The notes under the pieces: generated by a model
Databases searched by the model: none
The model's input: the letters and a program-made list of their open reading frames with translations, nothing else
Told to the model about the DNA's origin: nothing
Assembly (NCBI GenBank): GCA_963761305.1
Contig: CAVXGK010000001.1
Span: forward strand, 1,376,001 to 1,440,000
Source of the DNA: an uncultured Gemmatimonadaceae bacterium
Lineage (GTDB): Bacteria > Gemmatimonadota > Gemmatimonadetes > Gemmatimonadales > Gemmatimonadaceae
Length of the DNA: 64,000 nucleotides
Direction of reading: 5' to 3'
Made by a program: the position numbers and the translations under genes
Shown here: in pieces, positions 48,356 through 57,677 of the stretch
How the letters are laid out: every line of letters starts with the position of its first letter
How positions within the stretch are numbered: the stretch's first letter is position 1

Positions 48356-49650
48356 GCGCGCTCCACGACCATCGCGTGGCCCAGGCCGCCGGCGGCGCAG
48401 ACGGTCATCAGGCCGAACTGTCCGCTGCGCCGCGCCAGCTCGTTGACCAACGACATGAGGATCCGCCCGCCCGTCGCGCCGAACGGATGTCCGATGGCGA
48501 TCGAGCCGCCCATCACGTTGAGTTTGGCGCGGTCGATCTCACCAACCGGATCGGCAAACCCGGCGCGTTCGGCCCATTCGTACGACGTGAATCCGGCGAG
48601 ATTGCAGAGCACCTGCGCGGCGAACGCCTCGTGCATCTCGACGAGATCCATCTCGGGGAGCGTCAAACCGGCGCGCTGCAACGCGAGCGGCGCCGCGAGC
48701 ACCGGCGCCATGAGCAGCTGTTCGCCGGGATCGACGGCCGCGTACGCATACGAGCGGATGAAGGCGAGCGGCCGGTACCCGAGCGTGCGCGCCCGCTCTT
48801 CGCTCATCAGCAGTACGGCGCTCGCGCCGTCGGTGAGGGGCGACGAGTTCCCGGCGGTCACCGATCCGTAGCGCTTGTCGAACACCGGTTTGAGCGCGGC
48901 GAGCGCGTCGATCGACGTATCCGTGCGAATGCCGTTGTCCGTGGCGAGCGAATCGCTGTACTTCGGCGGCACGTAGACCGGAAACATCTCGCCTGTGAGA
49001 CGACCGTCCTCGGTGGCAGCGGCGGCCATCCGATGCGAGCGGAGCGCGAACTGGTCCTGCGACTCGCGCGAGATGTGGTTGATCTTGGCCATCTTCTCGG
49101 CCGATTGCCCCATCGTTTCGCCCGTCGACGGCTCGGCGATGGCCGGCGTGATCGGCACGAGATCGCGGGGACGAATCGAGCTCACGATGCCCAGCTTCGC
49201 CGTCGTGCTCTTGGCGCGGGAAAGCGCCATCAGTTTGTCGGACATCGAGCGCGAATGGAGAATCGGCACGTTCGACAACGACTCCGCGCCACCGGCGATC
49301 AGGACGTCGTGATAGCCGATGAGGATCTGGTCGGCGGCGTCGGTGATGGCCTGGTTCGCCGACGCGCACGCGCGGCTCACCGTGTACGCCTCACAGCCCC
49401 GCGACAGCATCGGCAGCAGCGAGACCTCGCGCGCGATGTTGGGCGCCGTCACCGCGGGCACGACGGTCCCGTAGATGATGGCCTCCACCAGCCGGCCTTC
49501 CAGGCTCGTGCGCTGAATGAGCTCGGCGACCGCCAGCTTTCCCAGCTCGATCGCGCTGAGGCTTTTGAAGACCGTCCCCGCGCGCGCGAACGGCGTGCGG
49601 ACACCGGCGACGATTGCTACGCGGCGGCCCGACGTGCCGAGGGCTGGCAT
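48352..49650 (-). CDS. fadI: 3-ketoacyl-CoA thiolase
   Basis: RTPF, SRACAS, HEAFA, GHPFGATG, CAAGGLG. Coupled to fadJ. Confidence 0.92.
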   Translation of the reverse strand: MPALGTSGRRVAIVAGVRTPFARAGTVFKSLSAIELGKLAVAELIQRTSLEGRLVEAIIYGTVVPAVTAPNIAREVSLLPMLSRGCEAYTVSRACASANQAITDAADQILIGYHDVLIAGGAESLSNVPILHSRSMSDKLMALSRAKSTTAKLGIVSSIRPRDLVPITPAIAEPSTGETMGQSAEKMAKINHISRESQDQFALRSHRMAAAATEDGRLTGEMFPVYVPPKYSDSLATDNGIRTDTSIDALAALKPVFDKRYGSVTAGNSSPLTDGASAVLLMSEERARTLGYRPLAFIRSYAYAAVDPGEQLLMAPVLAAPLALQRAGLTLPEMDLVEMHEAFAAQVLCNLAGFTSYEWAERAGFADPVGEIDRAKLNVMGGSIAIGHPFGATGGRILMSLVNELARRSGQFGLMTVCAAGGLGHAMVVERA

Positions 49651-49678
49651 GCGTGGAAACTGGCTTACCTTTGACCCA

Positions 49679-51310
49679 ATGCAAGGTCAGCTCCCGACTC
49701 GCGGCGAGCGATTCGCGGCGCTCGGCGCCCGAGAGTTCGACCTGCTCGTGATCGGCGGCGGGATCACTGGATGCGGCCTCGCGCGCGAGGCGGCGCTGCG
49801 CGGACTGAACGTCGCGCTCGTGGAGAAGAACGATTTCGCGAGCGGAACGTCGAGTCGCTCGTCGCGGCTCATTCACGGCGGTGTTCGGTATCTCGAGCAC
49901 GGACAGATTCATCTCGTCTTCGAGGCGAGCGCCGAACGGCGGCGGCTGCTGCAGCTCGCGCCGCACCTCGTGCATCCGCTCGCGTTTACCTGGCCGGTGT
50001 ATCGCGGCGCCCGCATCCCGCGCTGGAAGCTCGGCGCGGGACTCACGGTGTACGACGCATTGGCGCTGTTTCGCAACGTTCGGCGTCACCGGCGGTTGAG
50101 CGCGCGTGGCGTGCTGGAGCGGGAACCCGGGCTCAGCGGCGAGGGACTGCGCGGCGGTGCGCTGTACTACGACGCGGCCACCAACGACGCACGGCTCACG
50201 CTCGCCAACGCGATCGGCGCATCGGAGCGAGGCGCGGTCGTGCTCAATCACGCGCGCGTCGATTCGCTGATCGTGCGCGATGGGCGCATCGTCGGCGCGC
50301 GCGTCGCGGACGGTCTCTCCGGCCTGCGCACCGACGTACGGGCGAGAGTCGTCGTCAACGCGACCGGCCCGTGGAGCGACGCCGTGCGTTCGCTCGATCC
50401 GACGGCCGAGTCGGCGAGCGGCGCGAAAGCGATGCGCGGAAGCAAAGGCACTCATATCGCCGTTCCGCGCGAGCGAATCGGCAACCACGACGCGCTCACG
50501 CTGCTGTCGCCGGTGGACGGACGCGTGATGTTCGTGCTGCCGGCGGGCGTGTTCGCGATCGTGGGTACCACGGACACGTTCACCACGTCGTCGCCCGATG
50601 AGGTGCGCGCGACCGAAGCCGACGTGGCGTACCTGCTGGCGACGGCCAACCAGTTCTTTCCGCGCGCGGCGCTCACACGGCAGGACGTCGTCGCCGCGTG
50701 GGCCGGCATCCGACCGTTGCTTCCGTCGGCGGGCGACACGCCGGGGGCGGTGTCGCGCGAGCACGCGGTCGCCGTGAGCCGCGGCGGACTCGTCTCCATC
50801 ACCGGCGGCAAACTGACGACGTATCGCGTGATGGCGGGTGCCGTGTTGCGCGTCATGTCGCGCGCGCTCGGAAAAGGGAACGGCTCGGTGAGCGATGCGC
50901 CGCTGCCCGGTGGCGAGGTCCAATCGTTCGTGGAATTGGTCGCCGAGATTTCGCGGGAGACCGGCGACGCGTCGCTGAGTGAGCATCTGGCCGGATCGTA
51001 CGGCTCGCGCTGGCGCGACGTGTGGGCAGAGATCGACTCGTCCGACGGCCGCGCACCGTTGCTCGATGGCCGGCCTTACACGATCGGCGAGCTTCGCTAC
51101 TGCGTTCGGAACGAGATGGCGTGCACGCTCGGCGACCTGCTGATCCGCCGCACGAGGGTCGCCTTCGAGACGCGAGATCACGGCGCGTCGATCGCCGGAC
51201 GCGCGGCGGCGGGCGTCGCGAGTGCGTTGGGCTGGGGTCAACGCGCGATCGCGGCCGCGGAGGCCGCGTATGCCACGGAACTGTCGCGAATCTTTGCAAT
51301 CGAACCGTAG
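49679..51310 (+). CDS. glpD: FAD-dependent glycerol-3-phosphate dehydrogenase
   Basis: IGGGITG, DFASGTSSRSSRLIHGG.RYLE, NATGPW, AGIRPL, GGKLTTYR. Confidence 0.92.
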   Translation: MQGQLPTRGERFAALGAREFDLLVIGGGITGCGLAREAALRGLNVALVEKNDFASGTSSRSSRLIHGGVRYLEHGQIHLVFEASAERRRLLQLAPHLVHPLAFTWPVYRGARIPRWKLGAGLTVYDALALFRNVRRHRRLSARGVLEREPGLSGEGLRGGALYYDAATNDARLTLANAIGASERGAVVLNHARVDSLIVRDGRIVGARVADGLSGLRTDVRARVVVNATGPWSDAVRSLDPTAESASGAKAMRGSKGTHIAVPRERIGNHDALTLLSPVDGRVMFVLPAGVFAIVGTTDTFTTSSPDEVRATEADVAYLLATANQFFPRAALTRQDVVAAWAGIRPLLPSAGDTPGAVSREHAVAVSRGGLVSITGGKLTTYRVMAGAVLRVMSRALGKGNGSVSDAPLPGGEVQSFVELVAEISRETGDASLSEHLAGSYGSRWRDVWAEIDSSDGRAPLLDGRPYTIGELRYCVRNEMACTLGDLLIRRTRVAFETRDHGASIAGRAAAGVASALGWGQRAIAAAEAAYATELSRIFAIEP

Positions 51311-51366
51311 ACCGCGCTGTCGAAGCGTTGGCGTGGCACGCGCGGATCGAGCGGTTCGCCCGAATG

Positions 51367-51414
51367 GTCAACAATCTTGGCCAACGACAGAATTCTTGGA
51401 TCAAGATTCTTGTC
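51367..51414. promoter_or_regulatory. Candidate enhancer (UAS) sites for a sigma-54 activator
   Basis: Three related 15-mers GTCAACAATCTTGGC, GACAGAATTCTTGGA, ATCAAGATTCTTGTC. The last two form a near-perfect inverted repeat. They lie about 65-115 bp upstream of the -24 element. Confidence 0.55.
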
Positions 51415-51478
51415 TTCGCACCCGTCAATCTGACACCTGATTTCTCGTAAGACGTTGTGCTGGAGCGACTTGGCTGGG

Positions 51479-51494
51479 CGGCACGAACGCTGCT
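51479..51494 (+). promoter_or_regulatory. Sigma-54 (-24/-12) promoter
   Basis: cGGCACGaacgcTGCt, with GG 51480-81, N10, GC 51492-93. Compare consensus TGGCACG-N4-TTGC. About 70 bp before ATG 51564. Confidence 0.8.
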
Positions 51495-51563
51495 ATAGGG
51501 GACGCCGGCCGGACCCCTCCCGGCCGCAGTTTCCAACCCGTTCCGCGAGCCCAGGGCCTCCCC

Positions 51564-52154
51564 ATGCGTCGTCGCATTCTTCTCATCGCCAGCGCTTTCG
51601 TCACGGCCATCGCCGCCGCGTGCGTCTCGAGCGATTCACCCGTTTCCCCACCGAGCGCCCCGGCTCAACCGGCTGCGTCGAACGCGAATCTCGCCAACCT
51701 CCTCGGGCTCGGCGGGTCGACCATCGTTACGCCGTTGCTCCGCGCGAAGCCGCTCGAACAATCTCTCTCGGCGTCGGCGACGATCGGCCCGCTCGGTGGA
51801 ACGCTGGCCATCCCGGGGGCGGGCGTACTCGTGGTCGTCCCGCCGTTGGCGGTGTCGTCCGCGCAGAAGATCACCGTCACCGCCGTCGCGGGATCGAACG
51901 TCGCGTACGAGTTCGCGCCGCACGGCCTCAAGTTCAACCTGCCGCTCGTGGTGACGCAGGACCTCTCCGCCACGCAGGCGCGCAAGGAAGGGTTGGTGAG
52001 CCCGCTGTCGCTCTTCGCGGGATACTATCCCGATTCGACGAAGATCACGTCGATCACCGAGATACTGAACGTCAACGTCAACCTGTTGAACCAGGCGGCG
52101 GTGTTCTCGGTGTGGCACTTCTCGGGTTACATCCTGGCGGACGGCCGAGACTAG
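51564..52154 (+). CDS. Lipoprotein with ZU5-like domain and C-terminal HFS motif
   Basis: Lipobox AAA-C20. IGPLGGTL...VVPP.AV...ITVT...EFAPHGLKF..P ZU5-like signature. Ends VWHFSGYILADGRD. Confidence 0.75.
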   Translation: MRRRILLIASAFVTAIAAACVSSDSPVSPPSAPAQPAASNANLANLLGLGGSTIVTPLLRAKPLEQSLSASATIGPLGGTLAIPGAGVLVVVPPLAVSSAQKITVTAVAGSNVAYEFAPHGLKFNLPLVVTQDLSATQARKEGLVSPLSLFAGYYPDSTKITSITEILNVNVNLLNQAAVFSVWHFSGYILADGRD

Positions 52155-52178
52155 CAGTCGCCGAGGTGTCTTCCGGCC

Positions 52179-53237
52179 ATGAACCTCGAGCCGATACGTG
52201 GATATGCCGGACAGGCAGCTGAAGAAGCGCGGCGCCTCAGTGAGCTGGCGCGCGCCGCCGGACTCGGTGACTCACCGGACGACGCTGTTCGGTGGCACCG
52301 AGACGCGCTGTCGCTGCTCGGTGCGAGCGAACCGACCACGCTCGTCGCCGACGTGCTGCGTTGGCAAGGGACCGTCCTTCGCGATCGCGGACTTCCTGGC
52401 GAGGCCAATCCTCTCTATCACCGAAGTCTCACACTGTCGCGCGAGCTGGGTTACCAGAGCGGGATCGCCCACGCGCTGAACTGCCTGGGGATCCTCTCGC
52501 TCAACGCCGGCGACCTGGCCGGCGCCGGCGATCTGTTCAGCCAGGCGCTCACGGCTACCGAGTCGTGCGGCGAGCCACGGCTCGTCGGCATGATTCAGCA
52601 GAACCTCGGCGTGATGGCCGACATTCGCGGGAATCCCGCATCCGCGATGGCGCACTATCGCGTCGCGCTGCGAACCTTCGAGGCGGCGAACGACCGCCAG
52701 CAGGTGTGCCGGGTCTTGAACAACCTCGGCATCGCCTACGCCAAGGCCGGGCGCCACGCCGAGGCGCGCGACGCGTACGCCCGCGCGCTCGACATCGCGA
52801 AGGACCGAGGCGAGCTGCTCTTCGAAGGCATCATCGAGGGGAACGTCGCCGAGTTGGAATTGATGTGCGGACACGTGGCCGCGGCACGTCCGTCGATCGA
52901 GCGGGCGCTCGAGATCGCCGAGCGCCGCGGTGACAATGCGCGACGCGCGATCGCGCTCAAGCTCCTCGGCGCGTGTCAGCGAATGACCGGCGACGTGCCG
53001 GCCGCCGAGGAGACGTTGGGCAGGGCCGCGCGGCTCGCCGTCGTGGCCGGGGACGCGTTGACGAGCGCTGAAATCCGCTTCCAACTCGCCTGCGCGCTGG
53101 CGGCGGGCGGCCGCCGAACAAGTGCCGAAGAGACCTGGACCCGCTCGTTGCTCGCTTTTGAGCGGATAGGTGCCCGCCGGTGGGCAGCCAGGGTGAGAGC
53201 GCGATTAACCGCCGGGGAGAACGGACGATACTTCTAG
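52179..53237 (+). CDS. Stand-alone tetratricopeptide-repeat protein
   Basis: About 40-aa repeats ALNCLG, QQNLG, LNNLG, GNVA. No signal peptide and no other domain. Confidence 0.88.
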   Translation: MNLEPIRGYAGQAAEEARRLSELARAAGLGDSPDDAVRWHRDALSLLGASEPTTLVADVLRWQGTVLRDRGLPGEANPLYHRSLTLSRELGYQSGIAHALNCLGILSLNAGDLAGAGDLFSQALTATESCGEPRLVGMIQQNLGVMADIRGNPASAMAHYRVALRTFEAANDRQQVCRVLNNLGIAYAKAGRHAEARDAYARALDIAKDRGELLFEGIIEGNVAELELMCGHVAAARPSIERALEIAERRGDNARRAIALKLLGACQRMTGDVPAAEETLGRAARLAVVAGDALTSAEIRFQLACALAAGGRRTSAEETWTRSLLAFERIGARRWAARVRARLTAGENGRYF

Positions 53238-53282
53238 GCGCGGGGACTCGCCCGCTAAGCCTAACTCCCAAAGAGGTTTCGG

Positions 53283-54308
53283 TTGCTTCACGACGAGGAT
53301 CGCTCGGCTGAGCCGTCGGACCGCGCACGCGATTTCGGGTTTCAGAACATCGTGGGTTCCAGCCCGCTGCTGCGCGAAGCTGTCAGCCTCGCGATGCAGG
53401 TGGCGGGGACTCGGCGCACGACCGTTCTGCTGATCGGCGAAACCGGAACGGGCAAGGAGTTGTTCGCCCGCGGCATCCACTACGCCGGTACGGCGGCCGA
53501 CGAGCCCTTCGTCGCCATCAACTGCGCGGCGATTCCCGAGGCGCTGCTCGAGTCCGAGTTGTTCGGCCACGAACGCGGCGCGTTTACGGGCGCGCACGCG
53601 CGCAAGCAAGGGCTCCTCGAGCTCGCCGGATCGGGCACGCTCTTTCTCGATGAAGTGCATCACCTGCCGCGAATGCTGCAGCCCAAGCTCCTGCGCGCGC
53701 TGGAATCGCGCCAGGTCAGACGCCTCGGGGGCTTCGAGGAGATCGCGATCAACTGCCGCATCGTCGCCGCGGCGAGCCCGCTTCTCGAGCAGGTGGTCGG
53801 CAGCGGAGAGTTTCGCGAAGACCTCTACTACCGGCTCAACGTCTTCGGCATCACCCTGCCCGCGCTGCGCGACCGTCTCGAGGACATCGAGGTGATCGCG
53901 CGCCATTTTCTCGCGCACGAAACGCGCGAGCACGGAAAGTCCAAGGCGTTCTCGTCGGACGCGTGCACTGCGCTTCGCGTGCACCGCTGGCCGGGCAACG
54001 TGCGCGAGCTGAAGAACGTCGTCGAGCGTGCGGCGATCCTGAGCGGTGATTCCTCGATCGTCCGCGCCGAACACCTGATGATCCAACGCCGCGCCGCTCG
54101 GCAGGCCGCGCCGGACGCGGTCGGCGAGATTCGGATTCCGACGACGGGCAAGCTGCTGGAAGAGATCGTGGCCGAGGCGGTGGCGCTCACGCTCAAAATC
54201 ACCAACGGGAATCAGGCGGCGGCGGCACGGCTGCTTGGCATCTCGCGGCCGACGCTCGCGAAGAAGATGACTCGGCCCGCCGATCCCTCTCGAGTGTCGG
54301 TGGCGTGA
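53283..54308 (+). CDS. Sigma-54 enhancer-binding protein lacking an N-terminal regulatory domain
   Basis: GETGTGKE, ESELFGHERGAFTGA, FLDEV, FREDLYYRL, WPGNVREL, Fis-type HTH. Only about 20 aa precede the AAA+ domain. AAGAGG RBS plus TTG. Confidence 0.93.
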   Translation: MLHDEDRSAEPSDRARDFGFQNIVGSSPLLREAVSLAMQVAGTRRTTVLLIGETGTGKELFARGIHYAGTAADEPFVAINCAAIPEALLESELFGHERGAFTGAHARKQGLLELAGSGTLFLDEVHHLPRMLQPKLLRALESRQVRRLGGFEEIAINCRIVAAASPLLEQVVGSGEFREDLYYRLNVFGITLPALRDRLEDIEVIARHFLAHETREHGKSKAFSSDACTALRVHRWPGNVRELKNVVERAAILSGDSSIVRAEHLMIQRRAARQAAPDAVGEIRIPTTGKLLEEIVAEAVALTLKITNGNQAAAARLLGISRPTLAKKMTRPADPSRVSVA

Positions 54309-55966
54309 TCGCAGGGAACGGCGTCCCCTCCCTCACCGGCGCGGCGTCGTATCTCGTCGCCGAAGCCGAAGCGGCCGAGCGCGCCGGGCAGCGCGAGCTC
54401 GCGCGGCGGCAGTACGAGCGTGCGTTGCGGCTCCTTCGCGAGAGCAGCGCCGCGTCGACCATACTCCGCCGTATCGCGCGTTCGTATCGCGAAGACGGCC
54501 AGCTGGACGTGGCACTCGATTGTCTCGATGCCGCTCTCGGCTCGGCCGAGGCGCACGGCGCGATGTCCGACATCGCGCATGCCAAGAACCTGGCTGGAAA
54601 CATCCTGCTGACGCGCGGCGACTACGCGGCGGCCGAACCGATGTACGCACGCGCCCTGTCACTCGCCGTCGAGTCGGGCGAGCGCCAGCTCGAGGCGATG
54701 ATCGCGCAGAACCTCGGCGTCATCGCCAGCATGCGCGGCGACCGGCTGACAGCGCTCGAGCATTACGCGTCCGGGCTGGTCGTGTATCGCACGCTCGGGA
54801 TGTTCCGGCAGGTCGGCCACGCGCTCAACAACATGGCGCTCGAGTACACGTCCCTGGGACGGCTCGACGAAGCGCAGGCGGCATACGACGAGGCGATCGT
54901 GCATTGCGCCGCGGCGGGCGACGTGCCCAACCGATTGCTCGCGCAGACCAACGCGGCGCATCTGCGCCTGGTTCGCGGCGACGTCGCCGGCGCCGAGACG
55001 ATCTGTCGCTCAGTGCTGGCCGAAGCCACCGACGCGGGCGACGAGCGCGCACTCGGCGAAACGCTCAAGCACATGGGCGTCATCGCCCGGTCGCGCCGCG
55101 AGTACGACGCCGCCGAACGGCATCTCCGCGACGCGTTCGACAGCGCGATGCGGCGCGAGGATCTGCTGCTCGCCGGCGAGACGGCGCGCGAGCAGGCCGA
55201 CTTGTTCGAACGGATGGATAAGAGCCGGGAGACGTTGCAGGCGCTCACGCAGTCCCACCGGTTGTTCACCAAACTCCAATCACAGCGCAACCTCGCCGAT
55301 CTCCAGCAGCGCGTCGCGCGGCTCGAGGAGCGGTTCTACTTCGTCGTCGCGCGGTGGGCCGGATCGATCGAGTCGAAGGACGCGTACACGCTCGGCCACT
55401 GCGAGCGCGTCGCCGACTACGCGTGCGCGCTGGCTCGCGACATCGGCTTCGACGAGATGACGTTGTTCTGGTTCCGCATCGGCGCGCTGCTGCACGACGT
55501 CGGCAAGATCGTGGTGCCGACGGAGATCCTGAACAAGCCCGGGCGGTTGACGCCGGAAGAACGCTTGGTGATGGAACGGCACCCCGCGGCCGGCTCGGAG
55601 ATGTTGGCGGACATCGATTTTCCGTGGGACATCCTGCCGATCGTCCGCAACCATCACGAGCGATGGGACGGCGACGGGTATCCCGACCGCCTGGCGGGCG
55701 AAGGGATTCCGCTCGCGGCGCGGGTCGTCTGCGTGGCGGACGTGTTCGATGCCCTCACGACCGACCGGCCTTACCGAAAAGGATTCTCGCGGCGCGACGC
55801 GTTGGCGACGATGAACAACGATCGCGGAAAGATCTTCGATCCGTACTTGTTGGCGCGGTTCAACCGCATCATCGAGGAGACGCCCGCTACTTCTCGCCGG
55901 CGCCCACGTCGTGGATCGTACGGAGCTCGACGACGCGGAGCTGACGCACCATCGTCGGCAGCCTGA
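54305..55966 (+). CDS. TPR-HD-GYP cyclic-dinucleotide phosphodiesterase
   Basis: N-terminal TPRs, KDAYT.GH.ERV, LHDVGK, HHERWDGDGYP, ADVFDALT.DRPY. GTGA overlap with the activator gene. Confidence 0.92.
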   Translation: MIAGNGVPSLTGAASYLVAEAEAAERAGQRELARRQYERALRLLRESSAASTILRRIARSYREDGQLDVALDCLDAALGSAEAHGAMSDIAHAKNLAGNILLTRGDYAAAEPMYARALSLAVESGERQLEAMIAQNLGVIASMRGDRLTALEHYASGLVVYRTLGMFRQVGHALNNMALEYTSLGRLDEAQAAYDEAIVHCAAAGDVPNRLLAQTNAAHLRLVRGDVAGAETICRSVLAEATDAGDERALGETLKHMGVIARSRREYDAAERHLRDAFDSAMRREDLLLAGETAREQADLFERMDKSRETLQALTQSHRLFTKLQSQRNLADLQQRVARLEERFYFVVARWAGSIESKDAYTLGHCERVADYACALARDIGFDEMTLFWFRIGALLHDVGKIVVPTEILNKPGRLTPEERLVMERHPAAGSEMLADIDFPWDILPIVRNHHERWDGDGYPDRLAGEGIPLAARVVCVADVFDALTTDRPYRKGFSRRDALATMNNDRGKIFDPYLLARFNRIIEETPATSRRRPRRGSYGARRRGADAPSSAA

Positions 55967-56369
55967 GATAGGCGATCTCGCCGACCGCTTTGCCGAGCAG
56001 CGCGCGTCCGATCGGCGACGACATCGTGACCTGCCCTTCCTCGAAGTCGATCGAGTCGCCGAAGACGAGATAGTAGGTCTCGCGTCCGCCGGCCTTCTGG
56101 TCCTCGAGGACCACGCGCGACCCGAGGCCCACCCGGTCGTCGGGAATTTGCGACGGATCGATCGCCGAGAGCTTGCTCAAACGCTCGTGCAGCTGCCCCA
56201 GCCGCGCCTGCACGAACTGCTGGCGCTCGAGAGCGGCCTTGTACTCACTGTTCTCGCGCAGATCGCCCATCTCGACCGCTTTCCGAATCTCCTGCGGGAG
56301 CGTGACGTTGAGCTCGTATTGCAGGCGTTCCGCTTCCGCGGCGAGTTTTCGCTTCAGCTCTTCGATCAT
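55887..56369 (-). CDS. greA: Transcription elongation factor GreA/GreB family
   Basis: GDLRENSEY, SPIGRALLGK.VG. ATG 56369. Confidence 0.88.
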   Translation of the reverse strand: MIEELKRKLAAEAERLQYELNVTLPQEIRKAVEMGDLRENSEYKAALERQQFVQARLGQLHERLSKLSAIDPSQIPDDRVGLGSRVVLEDQKAGGRETYYLVFGDSIDFEEGQVTMSSPIGRALLGKAVGEIAYLRLPTMVRQLRVVELRTIHDVGAGEK

Positions 56370-56452
56370 ATCGCCGGGTCGCGAGCATTTTGAGGATGGT
56401 GAAACGTTGCGCGCCCGGCCGACAGGGCCGGGCGCGCAGTCACAATCCCAAG

Positions 56453-57676
56453 TTACCCCGCGTGCGCGCCGCTGGCAAACGAGGAATCGGATGCCCGGGC
56501 GAACTCGGCGCGCAAACGTTCCATCATGGCGTCGCGGCGGTCGTACAGACGCTTGAGCGGCCGCGCCGCGTGGCGTGCCTTCGCGTACGACGTGAGCAAC
56601 GGCAGCGCGACCGTCGAATCCATGTAGCACACGACCGCGTCGGGCAGCCGGTCGGGATCGATCTTGCCCCAGCTCACCGCCTCGGCGGGCGTGGCGCCCG
56701 AGAGCCCGCCGGTGTCCGGCCGCGCGTCGGTGATCTGCAGAAAGTAGTCGTGCCCCTTCTCGTCGATGCCGAGCACTTCCTGAATCTGCGGCTCGGTCTG
56801 GAGCATGAAGTTCTTCGGGCTGCCACCGCCGCAGATCAGCACGGCCGACTTGCCGCCCGAGCGCTTCGCGTCGAGCACGATCGACGCCGTCTCGTTCACG
56901 TCGAGGTTCGGATCGATCGTGCACTTGTTGCCCTCGAGCGCCAGCGCGGCGACGTTCATCCCGATCGACGAGTCGCCGGGCGACGACGTGTAGATCGGTA
57001 CGCCGGCATTGTACGCCGCCGAGATGAGCGACTTCTGTCCGATGCCGAGGGCGCGTTCGCGCTCGCGCACGTACTTGCCGCAGAGGTTGTGGAACTCGGC
57101 GCTCGACATCGAACGCTGGAATTCCGGGCCTTGAATGACGGTCCGGAAAAAGGCGTCGGTCGACAGCAGGACGTCATAGTCAAAAAAGATGTCGTAGATC
57201 CGCACGACGCCTTCGTCGCGCAGGACGACGTCGGACTCTTGCGGATTCCCGCGGTGCATCGCCAGCCCGAGCCCGAAGTGCGTGTCGTGGTAGAGATTCG
57301 CGCCGGTGGAGATGATCCAGTCGACGAACCCGGCCTCGATGAGCGGAATGAGCGCCGCCATGCCGAGGCCCGCGGGCGTGAGGGCGCCGGTGAGCGTCAT
57401 GCCGACGGTCACGTCGGGCTCCAGCATTTTCTTGGTGTACAGTCCACAGGCTTCACGAAGACGCGCCGCGTTGTAGGCGAGGAACGCGTTGTCGATCAGA
57501 TCGGCCGCCGTCTCGGCGCCGCTGATCGGCGTCGGTTCGATGCGCGGCCCGCGAAGGAACTTGCTGGTCTCGCGGGCGTCGTGCCGCGTGCCGCTTCGCT
57601 CGCGTTCCTCGGCGGCGGCCTTCTGCGCGCCCTTCGGGCCCGCGGCCGATGGTTTGTTGTCGGAACGCTTCGCCAT
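56453..57676 (-). CDS. Deoxyhypusine synthase-like protein (likely polyamine/homospermidine biosynthesis)
   Basis: [40 protein letters not shown] with the catalytic-position Lys, DSTVALP. Confidence 0.88.
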   Translation of the reverse strand: MAKRSDNKPSAAGPKGAQKAAAEERERSGTRHDARETSKFLRGPRIEPTPISGAETAADLIDNAFLAYNAARLREACGLYTKKMLEPDVTVGMTLTGALTPAGLGMAALIPLIEAGFVDWIISTGANLYHDTHFGLGLAMHRGNPQESDVVLRDEGVVRIYDIFFDYDVLLSTDAFFRTVIQGPEFQRSMSSAEFHNLCGKYVRERERALGIGQKSLISAAYNAGVPIYTSSPGDSSIGMNVAALALEGNKCTIDPNLDVNETASIVLDAKRSGGKSAVLICGGGSPKNFMLQTEPQIQEVLGIDEKGHDYFLQITDARPDTGGLSGATPAEAVSWGKIDPDRLPDAVVCYMDSTVALPLLTSYAKARHAARPLKRLYDRRDAMMERLRAEFARASDSSFASGAHAG

Positions 57677-57677
57677 G

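Noticed and set aside
53235..53285. Read-through fusion of the TPR gene to the in-frame sigma-54 activator
   Set aside because: Three in-frame stops (TAG, TAA, TAA) intervene and the activator has its own AAGAGG RBS.
55887..55966. Convergent 3' overlaps (HD-GYP/greA 80 nt; also 16460-16482 and 36703-36755) as antisense regulation
   Set aside because: The overlaps cover only unstructured C-terminal tails, which is common in compact GC-rich genomes, and there is no further evidence.
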